Notes: a model not told the origin generated them from the letters alone. Numbered from the stretch's first letter, positions 13,517 to 27,979 are shown. The stretch: DNA of 64,000 nt from the human T2T-CHM13v2.0 reference genome, Homo sapiens (GCF_009914755.1 NC_060929.1), one strand, 5' to 3'. Made by a program: numbers and translations.

Positions 13517-15414
13517 TCCAAATGAATACATTTCACAATGTCAACAAATCAAGAGCCTCATGCTTCTGCAGTTGACATTAATGTACTCACACTTATGAAA
13601 GTTTGCCAATCCCTGATCTCTGTTTAATACATTCTCACAAATCTCTATAAAAGTCAGTAGTTTGTTCTTCTAGAAGTGACTGTGTCTGGTCAATATAATG
13701 TTCTCTTACTTTAGTTTGCAATAAATTCAGCTGAGTGGGATTTGGTGGTTATTGTGGTTTGTTTCAGATATTTTGTGATAGTCTCATTACTTGAGAGAAC
13801 CAACATTTGGGTATATAAGGATGAGAGATCTCATTATGTTTTCCAGTGCCCTTAACGTTAAAAACAATTTGTTCAAAGAGAGGGTGGTTATTTGGAATTG
13901 ATAAGAAATACTAAGAAATAGCATTGGTGCTCTATTCTCAAAAATTTTTCCCCACATATTCCAGGAAAGAGCTTCATTGCTAATTAAAAACTATGTTTTC
14001 ATAATATAATCATTCTAGGTTCAGGAAAATAAGAAAGTTATCATTCATTTATAATTTATTGAAAACTTTTTCAAACCAGTGGTACCTATGTGACTACCAA
14101 ATCGTATATGCTCAAAAATATTACATTAATGAAGTTATTAAACAACACATTAATCATCATTGAATTTTTCCTCTCAACTGTGAGCTGAACCCACATTGAA
14201 AAAGTGAACAAACGCATGCAAAGACTAGGAGAAGCAAATTTTTAAATGATAAAATGCAAATAAATCATAAAGTAAAATATGTAGTAAAGACTAGTCAAAT
14301 TAGTGGTATCATAAAAGTGGATGTATGCAAAAAAAGATAGGCAATGGTACTTATCAGAAATATAAGATGAAGTCAAGAAGAAATATGACTATGTCTTAAA
14401 CATAATTTCTACCTTAGTTTAATTTTCTTGAGCTTGCTGCTTCAGATGACCTAAAAGTATCCAGAAATGCCTTTGACATGCATGCTATATATTGGCAATG
14501 GTTTATATACACTAATTTGGAAGGAAATAATAAAACAATAGATCAAACATTTAGATGATTTTATATAGAAAATAAACTGATGTTTACCTATTAACTGTTT
14601 ATATACTATGAGGGCAAGTAAATTGGTAATGTATGTTAAAATTTGTTTTGTCCCACAATTAATATAAAAAAAGAAGTTGAGGTATTATATCCAAAATATT
14701 CTAGAATTCACTACTCTTCATTTTTATCATTAGAAAACAAATCCTCACTTTGATTTTAGATTTAAGAGCCTTTCTCTAATAAAACCTGTCAGAATGGCAT
14801 TAATATTCTTGTGGTATTTTTATTGGTATATCTCATTTAACATGTCCAGTAATGAATCTTTTTTATTATAAGACATATCTATTTTTATAAATGCATTCTC
14901 TTGGTATAACAGGTTTGTAGTCACTCTTACTTTTCCTAGTAGAAGGAGTGTTTTAGTACATCATAAAAAATATATAAGTAAATGAAACTGTAGACATGAA
15001 TTATAGATTCCTCTTTTGTTTTGTACCTCTTTTCTTTGCTCTACTTAGAATTTTTTATAGTTTGGTGAAATAAAAGAGAAGATTGACAAGGGGAATTGTC
15101 ACATACAATAGTTACCAGGTAGGACGTGTTCACCTAGTACTGGCTATGGTCAAGTGGTGAATTGTGTGGTTGGTCTAGCATTTTATTACTTTCCTCATCG
15201 TGTTTGGATATCTAGAGGGCGGGACTTTATATCACAGCATATTAGAATAATTTTATCCTAACATGTACATGAATAGAAGTTCTATCTTTAGTAGTATATT
15301 TTAATCTACTCTTTAAAAATTCATACTTAAAAGAAATTTATAGGCTACTTCTACCTGCAAGGCTTTCAAAGGATGTTACTGTTTGGCATTTTTTCAATAG
15401 AAGATAACTATTTC

Positions 15415-15990
15415 TTTTTTTTCTGGTGAAATGATATATACATATATAATTAGCCAGTTGGACTCAGTTTACATGAACCCAATTTTGTTGGCAACATCCA
15501 AAGCATCGTAATCAGGAGCCAGTTGAACATATGCCTTCTCTCCCTCAGGCCTAATCAGGGTGTTGACCTTGGCTACATCGATGTCATAGAGCTTCTTCAC
15601 AGCCTGTTTGATCTGGTGCTTGTTGGCTTTAACATCCACAATGAATACAAGCATGTTGTTGTCTTCTATATTCTTCATGGCAGACTCAGTGGTCAACAGA
15701 AACTTGATGACAGCATAGTAGTCAAGATTGTTTCTCCTGGCGGCACTCTTCTGAGGATATCTGGGCTACCTCCAGAGTTTCAGTGTCTTGGACCGCCGGG
15801 AGGTGGGTGACATATGGATCTTATTTTTTTTGTAACTCTTGACACCCTTCAACATTGCCTACTTGACTTTGACCTTCAAAGCCTTGCTTTGGCTCCTGCT
15901 TTAGGAGGGGTAGGAGCTTCCTTCTTCTCCTTCGATGCCATCTTGTGAAAAGGGTCTCTGAGGCCCATTACAATGGGCTTATAGCGCTCA
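15415..15990 (-). pseudogene. RPL23A: Processed pseudogene of ribosomal protein L23a (symbol is the parent gene)
   Basis: ORF 15469-15696 gives [49 protein letters not shown] (RPL23A C-half). Parent ATG at 15941-15939 is out of frame with the stop (473 nt). Intronless, poly(A) remnant at 15415-15422, 14-bp TSD AAGATAA(C/A)TATTTC (15401-15414, 15991-16004). Confidence 0.97.
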
Positions 15991-16574
15991 AAGATAAATA
16001 TTTCAATTGAGGTAATGTAAGTCTAATAAGTACATGGAAGAAAAGGGTGCAAAAAGAGAAAAATGATTGAAAAGTGATAGTAGAAAGATCTATGCAAAAG
16101 TAAAAATAATACAAATGTATATGAAACAAAAGTTTTGCCAGAGAAAATCAAAATAATTATTGAAATAATTGAATATTATTCATTGAATATTCAATTGAAT
16201 ACTGAAATAAATAATTGAAATAATTATTCATTAATTTTTCAATAATAAATGTATATTACTTAAAACAGTATCATATATCCACTAACAGTTTCTTTTATTC
16301 TAAAATATAATGCTGATTTTTCTGAAATAAACATGGAACATTCTTGTTTCCTCCTCCATGAAATCATACAAAATATGCAACTTAGCACAGTTGTGCCTGG
16401 TGAAGGAGAGCACTTTCCAAGATGTTTGTCACTACTGAGAATGGTGAAGATGTAGAAATTGTGGACTTCATAACAATTAAATTTTCTCTATATGAATTTT
16501 ATAAATCTTAATCTACTTGTGAATGGAAAGAAGTGTAAGAAAACGGGCCTTTTTTAAAATTTCCATGTGGTTAA

Positions 16575-16740
<166 letters not shown>

Positions 16741-16744
16741 TAAG

Positions 16745-16885
16745 AAATGCATTTACTAATAAACCAAGGGTCAAAGAAAATATCACAATACAAAGCATAA
16801 AATAATTTGAACTCAAGGAAAAATCTTGAATATGGAAATATGAGGGATGAAATTAAAGTTGTATTTAAAAGGAAAACACTTATTA
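16745..16885 (+). mobile_element. Old L1 ORF2 fragment
   Basis: 'taataaaccaagggtcaaagaaaatatcaca...aaaataatttgaact...gggatgaaattaaagttgtatttaaaaggaaa' resembles ORF2 just after the endonuclease domain. Confidence 0.5.
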
Positions 16886-17173
16886 GAAAAGTAATCGCTG
16901 GCATCGAGGTCCTCTTAGAAACTAGGAGAAAATATCAGGCAAGTAGCAAGTACTTCTGAGTTTACCGAATGTAATAGCTCAGTATTGGTTAAAAATTAAA
17001 ATTCCTGTATGGAAAAAAATTTGTAGTAACGAGGGGATAAGGTCTTAACACATCTCTTATTAATTCAGTTAAACACAATAGCAGTTGAAGAGGTATTTAG
17101 CAATTTTTAAATTTTCTAATACCTTTATATCAATTATAAAGTATTTTCTCCCTATGTCATCTCCAGAGTTTTA

Positions 17174-17566
<393 letters not shown>

Positions 17567-17836
17567 CTAGTTAAAATGGTTTTCTTGTTTATTAGTTATA
17601 TTTAGGACACTGAGAAATAACCAGGAATAACAGTTACATAAAATAAAAGGAGCTGTGAAAATAATTAAGAAAACAAATGAGTTTTTCCTACTGGGATGAT
17701 ATTCAGATTTATACAACAGTACTTTTCTCCCTAGCTATGGTTACCAAATACTTGATACCGATCAAATAAGACTTCAAAATAATTCTGGAGAAAAAATAAT
17801 TTAAAAACCAAGTATGACACTTTAAAAACATAAAAA

Positions 17837-18087
17837 CACTTTGGGAGTCCCAGGCGGGTGGATCACTTGAGGCCAGGAGTTCGAGACCAGCCTGGCCAAC
17901 ATAACAAAACCCTAACTCTACTAAAAATACAAAAATTAGCCAGGCATGGTGGCGGATGCCTATAATCCCAGCTACTTGATGACTGAGGCATGAGAATTGC
18001 TTGAACCCAGGAGGTGGAGGTTGCAGTGAGCTGAGAAAGGACCACTGCACTCCAGCCTAGGCAACAGAGTGAGACTTTGTCTGAAAA
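17837..18087 (+). mobile_element. Alu lacking its first ~30 nt (AluJ/S-type)
   Basis: 'cactttgggag...gatcacttgaggccaggagttcgagaccagcc'...'gagactttgtctgaaaa'. Confidence 0.92.
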
Positions 18088-19669
18088 TATATTTAATATA
18101 ATTTAATTTAAAAAATAAAAATAGTAAAGATTTTATTAAAAAATAAAAATCACTAAAGAAAAAATTATTTGGTATCTTTTTTAACACCTTACTGGGGTGT
18201 TACTCTTAATTAAAAATGAAGCTTTTGTAAACAACACTACAATCTCATATTACTTGCCAATGAGAAATATTACAGGTTTGTAGGCCCCCGGCCTGTTTTC
18301 TTAAAGGAAAAAAAAAGCTTCTCATCCCATATATTTGAGTGGCTGTAGAAAATCACCTAGCCAATAAAATTGGTAAAGACAAATTCTGGAACTGTATGGA
18401 CTTCCCTCAGTTTTCTATCCTGCCTTGATAAGCTGCCTACTAAGCTATGAATCAACTTTAAAAGGATAAATGGGCCAGTGTAACAATCACAGGCCTAAGA
18501 ACAAATGCCTGGGGCCAGCGACAAATGCTGAGGGAGGATGAGCTAATTCTAGTAAACCAAACTGCCTATGCCATGGGTGACAGCCTGTGAGAGAGCGTGG
18601 AATTTCACCACAAGAGAATAACGTGTGTGAGGGCCAGGGCAGGGTGGCATGTTGATGAGCATGGAAGTACTTCATGTTAGCAATGCATTTCTGTGCTCTT
18701 CTGACCAAGAGGGAGTGCCAGAGGCTGTCATAGGGGAGGCCTTCGCAACTATCTTAAGTAATACCCTTGAAATTTAAACAAATTCAAATGAAATTTATGT
18801 TAGTTATCTAAACTTAAAAAAAAAATAACAGAGCATATACAGAATTCTCAGAAGGAGGTGAAAAAAGATCCAGGGAGAAACAAAACAAATCAAAATGAAG
18901 AAAAAAAGAAGATGCAAATATAATGGGGTATCTTAGTGACCAGCAGAGAAGGGGAGAATAACTGCCAAGAAATAAGGTGCTGATTGTCTTTCTATTTACC
19001 TTTCAATCTTTATGTTCTGGTACTTACTTTAAAACTTTACTACATTTTCTTCTCTGTGTTTCTTGATGCTACTCATCAATTTCCCCTTGCTGTTTTCCAA
19101 GTCCCTTGTTTTATTTTTCCGCAAAGAGATTGGGGAAGTTGGAGGACTACCCAAGTTTCCTCAGCAGGGGCACGCAGGCTTGTATGTTCCTTCTACAGTA
19201 AACTACAAGAAGGGAGGATGCTTTATCATCCACCACTTGTGAGGTGTTAGGACTCCTCCAATGACTAGACCTGATCTGCTATACCCAATGACCCATTTAG
19301 GGAGACCTAAAAATTAGAGAAAGGGAGATCACTGAAAAAAACAAACAAAAAAATGAAAGAACAAAAACAGCAAACCCACAGTGAGTAAAACAGAGTGCTA
19401 GAGGAAACACATAGCAGTGTACAATTTTAAAAGAAATACAGTAAGAGCAAAATATACAAGACTTTCTAGATTAAAAATTAGTTATTATTTTTTAGTTAGC
19501 AGTATAATACATGGAATAAAGAAATGTCTGGCCTCTGTGGAAAACTCATTTAATGGTCTAAAAAACCATTATTCCAAAATCGAACTAAAAATATAAAGAA
19601 ATGGAAATTATGAAGCAAATGATTAAGATGGAGAATATTGATCCATGAAAACCAACATGAACATATTAG

Positions 19670-20610
19670 AAGGAGCCATAATGGGTAACATCCCAAGCTG
19701 ATGATGAGGACATCCACATGGAAGGGCTTCCCAGTGTGGGATGTCAGAGCTTAAATGGAGTGAGGAAGACATTCCTGTGGTAAGGGGATAGCCTGGCACA
19801 TAGGGCCAGAAACTGAGCAGAATGAGAAGGGAATCTCCATGGGGGTGTGGCCCAGCACAGGGCATTTAGTCTAACAGGTAAGGAGGGAATCCATCCAGTG
19901 TGGTGTGTTGGAGCCAGACCAGGGTGAGAAAAGCTTTCCCTGGAGGGCACCCAGTGTGGGGTGTTGGAGACAGAGGGATGAAGAGGATATTCTTGTACAT
20001 GAGGTACATGGTCCTACATGGAGTATCTGAGCCTGAGTTAGAAAATAGGGTGTCTAAGCAGAACAAAAGCTTCATGCACGGTTTTGAAGACTGAGTCAGG
20101 TATGAAGGTCATCTACGTAAAGAAAAGAGAGTGGGATGAGCAGTCTGCACTTGTTGTTGAAGCTGTCCTGGAGAGCGAGGGGCAGGGTTTCAGAGTCGGG
20201 TGATGAGGATTTGCCAGAAGGTGCATCGGTGGTGATAGGAGATTGACACATTGTGGTTTTAATGAAATAAATAAGTACATTAAATATAAGGGAAGCCAGG
20301 TTTCTCAGTATAGAAGAAGGCAGTCAAAAATATGGAGCAAGCAAAATGAACAATGGTGGCTTTACATTGGAAGTATTGGTATATACCCACTGCCTTCAAA
20401 AGGAATAGATAAATGTGTAAATAATTTTAGACATGATGTGTTTATGTGTGTATATACACAACACATATTTATATGTATACATAACTTTTTAAGTTCTGTC
20501 CATTGAGAAGGTTTGGAAGCAGAACATTTTAAAAAAGGACTACATCCAGCACCCAGATATTGGCTTCCGAATGCCATTTTCTAGAAAAATAACCAGGGCA
20601 AATTCTAGGG
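19670..20610 (+). mobile_element. L1MC4-like 3' region with internal degenerate G-rich repeats
   Basis: Repeated 'gtcagagc..g(g/a)gtgagga..gcatcc' units followed by 'tctgtccattgagaagg...ccagcacccagatattggcttc..atgccatt...aaccagggc'. Confidence 0.65.
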
Positions 20611-21609
20611 ATTGAATAGATGACATATGCTACCTTCCTCCACTTTTGACTCCAATTCTACATAATAAATTATAAGACAAGTATAAGAAAATTCAGAAAA
20701 GTTCTATTTTTTCCTAATGTGACTATATTTCTTCTTTTCTTAAACTGTGAAAAAAAACTAAGTTATTTTAAAAGAAAAATGTGCCTTATATTGTTGATCT
20801 ATTAAGGACATAGTTGGTCTGAGCATTGGATAATTCATCTCATAAATATGGATTAACTGGTTGTCTCATTCTTCACCTTGTATGACTCGTTTATTTTCCT
20901 GAGCTGATCTGTTTTGCTATGCATTTGTCCTCTGTCAGCCTGCACTAGGAAGGGAAGCTGTAGTACGTTTACATTTGTGACCATAAGAGTAAGATGAGAT
21001 AGGAACAAAGCTGCCATTTATCCAAGGGCAGGACAAAGCCAAGCAAAGACTACAATTTAGAGACACAACTTCTGGTGACTCTTTTATGGGGATCCTCCTC
21101 ATGATAATAATATATTGATAAAATAAGTCACATATAAATGATGATATTAATTAGGTATAGAGTGATGTATAGCAGAGGGAGGAGTTTTGACTGTGGATAA
21201 TGGATGAAATCACAGCTCTTTGGCCACAGGTGATGTAAAAATGTACTGAAGTTTCAACATAGAGAACTTCACAGAACTTCACTCTGTGGATCTGTCTCAC
21301 TCTGCAACATGAACATAGTTAGTGGATATGTCCTGGGTATAAATACCTCAATGTGGCTTCCATTGTGCTATCTAGACCCATTGCTATATGGGCAGAAGCC
21401 CAAAGCCTGGATGACAGGAAAGTATATTCTCTAGGTGACTGTGATGAATTGACGTGAACTGTTAACGACAGTAGCTGCTTACTCCACTGACTGATTTTTC
21501 TCTTCTCTCCTACCACAGAGAAGGACTGAGTGTCCTCAAAGGTATAAAGATTTGGAAAGGCCTCATGAGAATAATGAGGATGATAGTAACAATAACTACA
21601 ACTAAAATT

Positions 21610-21790
21610 AAGTTGTTAGTAGCAGTATTGAGCACTTCATATAGACTGTTTCACATAGTCCTCAAAACAATTACATGATATCTATACCATCATTATAACC
21701 TTTGGAAAAGATAGATAAACTAAGGCTCAGAAATGTTAAGACCATGCCTGTAATAGCAGGGTTAGTAATAAGTGGAGGTTTAATAGTAAC
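21610..21790 (-). mobile_element. MIR
   Basis: MIR core in reverse: 'gtattgagcactt...tcctcaaaacaa...aaactaaggctcagaaatgttaag'. Confidence 0.6.
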
Positions 21791-23791
21791 CTTGATCAAC
21801 ATTTGTGAATGTTAAACATTTAATTAGTAGTAACATATGGGCTTTGTAGTTTGTAATGGGAGGCAAAAGGACATTTTCCTCCTATCCCTCAAAACAAGTC
21901 TGCATACAGCTGTCTTTTCTAAATATCTTGCTGATTTTGACTAAACCTACACTGAAGCCATTGTAGTATGCGAAGGTAAGTAAAAATAAATAAATAAAAT
22001 TTAAAAAAAACAGGTTTTCTCCATAGGTAGCAGAAAATAATACACCTGGATTTCTTGTAAATAATCCGCTATGTCTGAATCAAAAGCTTAGAATTGCCTC
22101 ATATAACTATACAGCAAACTATGCCTTGACAACACAGATATGGCCTTTGGCTTTCAAGAGCTGCCCAGGGTTCAAAAATCCTTGATCTATACCAGAGTGT
22201 GTCTATTCTTGTTTTAGTGAATGTATATAAAAAAAAACAAATACTACCCCATCTGTTTGGTTTATCATTTACTATTTACAGCAAATCTTCAGTTTGGAAG
22301 TCCGATCAATATAACCTTAGAATCATGCAGAGTCATCTGGCCCAGCTTGAGCTTTACCCTCAGAACAACAACAACAACAAAAATCAGTAAGGGGAAAAAT
22401 GAGAATTTGATTTATAAACACTAGTACATTTAGGGGCTTTGATCAGTGGGCAAAGGAAGTAAACTATCACCACAGGAAAATCCAGCATTTTCAAAAGAAT
22501 GCTTCTTAGAATTTGTCTGAATTCATCAATACTCACATTTATTGTATTGGATAATCTCACAGTTAGAGCTTATTATTTTAAGAATACTTCTGGCAGTATT
22601 CTGGGATGTCAGTTACACACAGATTAAACCAAACCACAAAGCAAGACGTTCTGATTGCTCTTACAATTTCTGTTTTTGTTTTTTTTCTTCTCAGTTTTCA
22701 GCTATAGCATTTAGAGGATATCCTCAGAGTAGTTGAATTTGAAGATGAAAACGGGTGGGAAAATAGCTCAGAATTTATTTACGTATAGACTTCCCCTGCT
22801 ATTATTTTCTCCCTTAAGAAAACTGACTCCTTCAAAACAAGGTATAAGAATCTTAGCTTGCTTCCACACTCTGGAAGACAGGGAAGGTTTTGCTTTTTTA
22901 TGACAAATATGAAAATATTGTTGTCTCAATGACATGAAAAGAGTGCATTTGCTCACAAGAAATTGTTTACATAAAAATTTCTGTGGAAATTAGAGTAGAA
23001 ATTAATGTTTCCAACATAATTATGTCCCCATTTAGATCATCGACTCTAAGTCTGAGAAACTCTAATGTAGTCTCATAGAATCCTGTTTTACAGAGTAGTT
23101 GACCAAAGAAGAGCCTTAGGGAATAAATGAAGTAGTTCAAAAGGAAGTAGATTTTAATAAAAACCTAAATGAGTAGCATCAGAAAACTGACCTTACTATA
23201 CATTACAAATAATTAAAATTTCTTCTCCAGAGAGAGCTATCTTTTACTCACTCAGTAACGTGTGGCCAGCCTCAAATGTCAAAAAAGCCAAGCAAGAAAA
23301 TTAATAAAAGGTGAAAAGGAAATGAAGCAGAATAACAACAGCATTTGGAACACAAAAGCATAGGCAGCAAAACTTCGTTATTAGTATACGAGAGAGATTT
23401 AAGAAGTCATGCTGCTATAAATGCCTAGCAGCATTATTGTCAGCAGAATGAATCTCAACACAGGAAGACGAGGACTACATGAGGAGGAAAGAGTGATTTA
23501 AAAAGTCAGATGTGGACATGTTGGATGCATTGCAATCAATTTTCGATGTGTTTTAGTTAGCCATGAAATATATATTAGGCCATTACTATGGTTCTTTTTC
23601 TCAGATTATTTGTTTCAAAATTAAAAGTTAAAGAAATTCATACCACTGTTGCTTAAGTAAAAACACCAGGACCTACTATCTCATCATGGTCATGTGGTCC
23701 AGGTAGAAAATATGTTAATTTTCTTTAGTAGGCCATGAATTTAAAAGTCTCTTAGGAATTATTCCTGGTTTGGGTCCACTTATAGGCTACT

Positions 23792-23832
23792 TGTGTGTAT
23801 GTGTGTGTGTGTATGTGTGTGTGTGTGTGTGT
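23792..23832 (+). repeat. (TG)n microsatellite
   Basis: Interrupted TG run seen directly. Confidence 0.95.
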
Positions 23833-23835
23833 CTA

Positions 23836-24170
23836 CCATATAACAACTTTTTGGTCAATGAAAGACTACATATGCAACAGTGGTCCCATAAGATTATAAT
23901 GGAGCTGAAAAATTCCTATCACCTAGCAGCCATGGGAGCATTTTTTCTATACTTTAAAATGTACAGATACACAAATATCATTGTGTTACAGTAGTTTCAG
24001 TACAGTAACATGCTCTACAGATTTGTAGCTTAGGGGCAATAGGCTACACCACATAGCCTAGATGCGTAGAGGTTTATGTGCGTATACTTTTCGATGTTCA
24101 TAAATGAAAAAATAGCCTAGTGACACATTTCTCAGAATCTATCTCTATTATTAAACAATGCCTAACTCTA
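23836..24170 (+). mobile_element. Tigger3a/MER7-like DNA transposon relic
   Basis: 'tggtcccataagattataatggagctgaaaaattcctatcacctag'...'gacacatttctcagaa..tatc'. Confidence 0.8.
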
Positions 24171-24215
24171 TAGTAATTACTATCGATCAATTGATAGACA
24201 CACACACAAAAATAT

Positions 24216-25598
24216 AGCCTTCACCAGTTCGTGCTGCTATAACAAATTGTCACAAACTGGGTGGCTTGAATGACATACATTTATTTTACAAAGTTGTGCA
24301 GAGGTTGGGAAGTACAAGATCAGTGTGCCAGCAGATCAGTGTCTGGTATGGGCATGCTTCCTGGTTTGCTGATGGCCATCTACTTACTGTATCTCTACAT
24401 GGCAGAGGGCAGAGAGCAGAGATATGGGGCTAGCTCTCTCTCTCTTACTGTAAGGACACTAATCCTATCATGGCAGCTCCATCCTCATGGCCTAATTACA
24501 TCACAACATCCCCATATCCCAAAACCATCACATTAGGGGTTCCATATATGAATTTGGGGGTGATACAAGTATTCAATCCAAAGCATTTCACTCCTGCCCG
24601 CTAAAATGCATGTCCTTCTGACAATCAAAATATATTCTTTCCATTCCAACAGCCCCATAATTCTTAACTTGTTCCAGAATCAACTCAGTTTAAAGTCCAA
24701 AGTCTCATCTAAATATTATCTAAATCATATAGGGGTGAAACTCAAGGTATAATTCACTTTGAGGCAAAATTCCTCTCCAACTATAAACCTATAAAACCAA
24801 ACAAGTTATGTGCTCCCAAAATTTAATAGTGGGAAAGACATAAAATAGGAATTCCCATTCTAAAATGGAGAAATGGGAAAGAGAGGAGGTAATAGGTTTC
24901 AAGAAAGTCCAAAACCTAGCAAGATAAACTCCATGAGATCTCAAAGCTCAAGGATATTCCTCTCTAGCTTGACACTCTGTCCTCCATGCCCACTGGGGTG
25001 TCAGCCTCATCCCCACAGCTTAGTGGAGTAATGCCCATGCCACAGCTCCCTTTCAGGGACTCATTTATATTCTCTGCTGGGACAGGATTCACTCCTAGGG
25101 CTCCCGTGGGCAGCCCCATACTCACAGCTTTTCTTGCAGGCCTCTTGCCCTGTTGAAACCTAGGCAGTGGCCAAACTGATCTGTGAATCACCTGGGTCCT
25201 TCTTCCCTTTTCTTGAAAGAAAAGCACATTCGTAGCCTTCCTTCATTTCATCTTATTTTCTCTGTTCCCTTTCTTTCCAACTTGCAATGTTTATGCTAGT
25301 ATAATACTATCTCCATTCCTGGTTTGTGTTGAGATAGCTGATTAAGTCCATGGGTCACACTCATACTAATCTCCTTATCAACATGTCAGCACATTCAGTG
25401 TCTGGTGAGGACCTGTCTCCTGGTTTGCAGATGGCCATTTTCTTATTGTATTTTCATATGACAGAGAACAGAGAGGGCTAACTCTCTTCCTCTTCTTCTT
25501 GGGATGCTAATTTCATCATGGGAGTTCCACTCTCATGATCTAATTACTATCAAAGTACTTATTAATTTGGGGAGGACACAAACATTTAGTCCATAGCA
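24216..25598 (-). mobile_element. MLT1A/MLT1A0-like MaLR provirus: LTR (24216-24585), internal region (to about 25380), partial second LTR (about 25384-25598)
   Basis: Two homologous LTR segments ('cagtgtctggt...cctggtttgc.gatggccat') flank MaLR-internal-like DNA ('aagtccaaagtctcatct...aattcctctcca..ataaacct'). Confidence 0.8.
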
Positions 25599-27282
25599 TG
25601 TATTTTCTTTTTTTCTCATAGAAGATGCAAATTAGCTTTGCAATTATTGTATAATAGACTTTACCCCAAGCTTATCTCTTTCTCTTTAGTGCTATCTAAT
25701 GGTGGCATTTTTGTATGCAGCCCCATGCATACCTCAAGGCCTGGCAGTAAGATAGTTGACATTTTTGGGGAACTAAATCTTCTCATCTTCTTCACAATAC
25801 ACAGGTTTTCCTAAAGGTCTTACCAATAGAGTTTATTCCTCTGTCCGCTGTCAACCCACTCTCTTACTATCTAATTATCTCCTTGATCTAATGCTGCCTC
25901 ATGACTTTAGCACCCAGACAGTGGTCTGTATTTCTCTGTTTTCACACCACCTTCTGTCAACATAAACAAACTTATAGAATTGCAAAGATAAATAGAAAAA
26001 TACATAATGATATTCAAAGATTTCAATACTCTTCTCTCAATAATTGAATGAACAATAAAACAGAAAATCAATAAAGATATATAAGACTTAAAATGATATC
26101 AAAGAACCTGATCTAACTGGCATTTATAGAACACTCAACAGTAGAATACATATTTTTACTGTCCACAAAGAAAAACCAAATTAATTATAAAACATATCAG
26201 ATGAAATTTGAAATGTGTTTTCTAACCACAGTATGAGTACCTAAAAAATTACAGAAAGATGTATAAACAACTATAGAAGATATAAAATCAAAATAACATA
26301 CTTCTAAATAACTCATCTCAAAAGAAAAACTACGAAATATTTTCATCTAAATGAAAATGATAACATAATATCTTTAAAATGTGCGTGATGTCACTAAACC
26401 AGTACTTAGAAGGAAAATTATGGCTCTAAATGCCTATTTGAAATGAAAATAGATCTCAAATGTATTATCTTAGTTTGCATCATAAGAAGCTATAAAAAAG
26501 AAAGCAAATCAAAACTAAAGTAAACAGAAGTGAAATAAACAAAGGGGGATACAGATGGAATATAAAACAGATAAACAATAGAGAAAAATCAGTAGTTCAA
26601 AACCTGGTTCTTTCAGAAGTTCCATAAAATTGATAAACTTTTAAGCATACTGATTAGGAAAAATAAAAAGTGACAGATTACTAATACCAGGAAAGACAGA
26701 GGTGACATTACCACAGTTGTTACAGATATTAACAGGGTATGGGAATATTATAAAATATTTATGCCAATAAATTTGACAACTTAAGTGAAATAGATTAATT
26801 TCTTGAGCACATATTAATAAAGCTCACTCTAGTGTAACTAAGATCACTTCCCCTGCCACAAAATAATCCTGGCCCATAAGACTTTCCTGATTTAATTCTG
26901 CCAATATTTAATAAAGGAATAATTACCATTTCTAATGAAACTATTACAGAAAATTGAGGAAGAGATAATACTACCAAATTCATTCTACAAGACCAACATT
27001 TCTATACCAAAGCCAGAAGTAATGAAAGAATTAAAACTTTCATCGGGACAATTTATTCCTGGGATGCAAAGGTAGTTCAACATAGAGAAGACAATTAATA
27101 AATGTGATATACCATGTTAAAGGACAAGAATAAAGGACAAAAACCATATGATCATCACAATAGATGCAGGAAAAGCTTTTGATAAAATTCAACATCCTTT
27201 TATGATAAAAACTCTTAATCAATTAAGCATAGAAGGAATGTACCTCAACACAACAAAGGGCATATATAAAAAGCCTGTGACA

Positions 27283-27635
<353 letters not shown>

Positions 27636-27890
27636 CTAAGGTGAAAAGTTGAAAGCTTTTCCTCTAAGATTATGAATAAGACAGGGATGCCTGCTTTCAC
27701 CACTACTATTCACTACTATTCAACATAGTATTGTAAGTTCTAGACAGAGCAATTTAACAAGGAAAAGAAATAAAAGATATCCAAATAGGAAAGGAAAAAG
27801 TTTGTCTCTGTTTGCTGATGATATGATTTTTTACAGGCAACTCTAAAGACTGCATCAAAAAAACTGTTAGAACTGATAAACAAATCCAAG

Positions 27891-27979
27891 AATATTTTAG
27901 GGTACAAAATCAACATGCAAAAATTTTACGGTACAAAATCAACATACAAAATATTTTAGGGTACAAAATCAACATAAAA
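27891..27979 (+). repeat. ~30-bp tandem triplication inside L1 ORF2
   Basis: Three copies of 'aatattttagggtacaaaatcaacat(g/a)caa'. Confidence 0.9.

Noticed and set aside
15469-15696. 75-aa RPL23A ORF as a functional CDS
   Set aside because: Only the C-terminal half is open, the parent ATG is out of frame, and poly(A) plus TSD mark a processed pseudogene.
19670-20250. Cluster of short ORFs in G-rich degenerate repeats
   Set aside because: Lies within an L1MC4-like 3' region; peptides unrecognisable.
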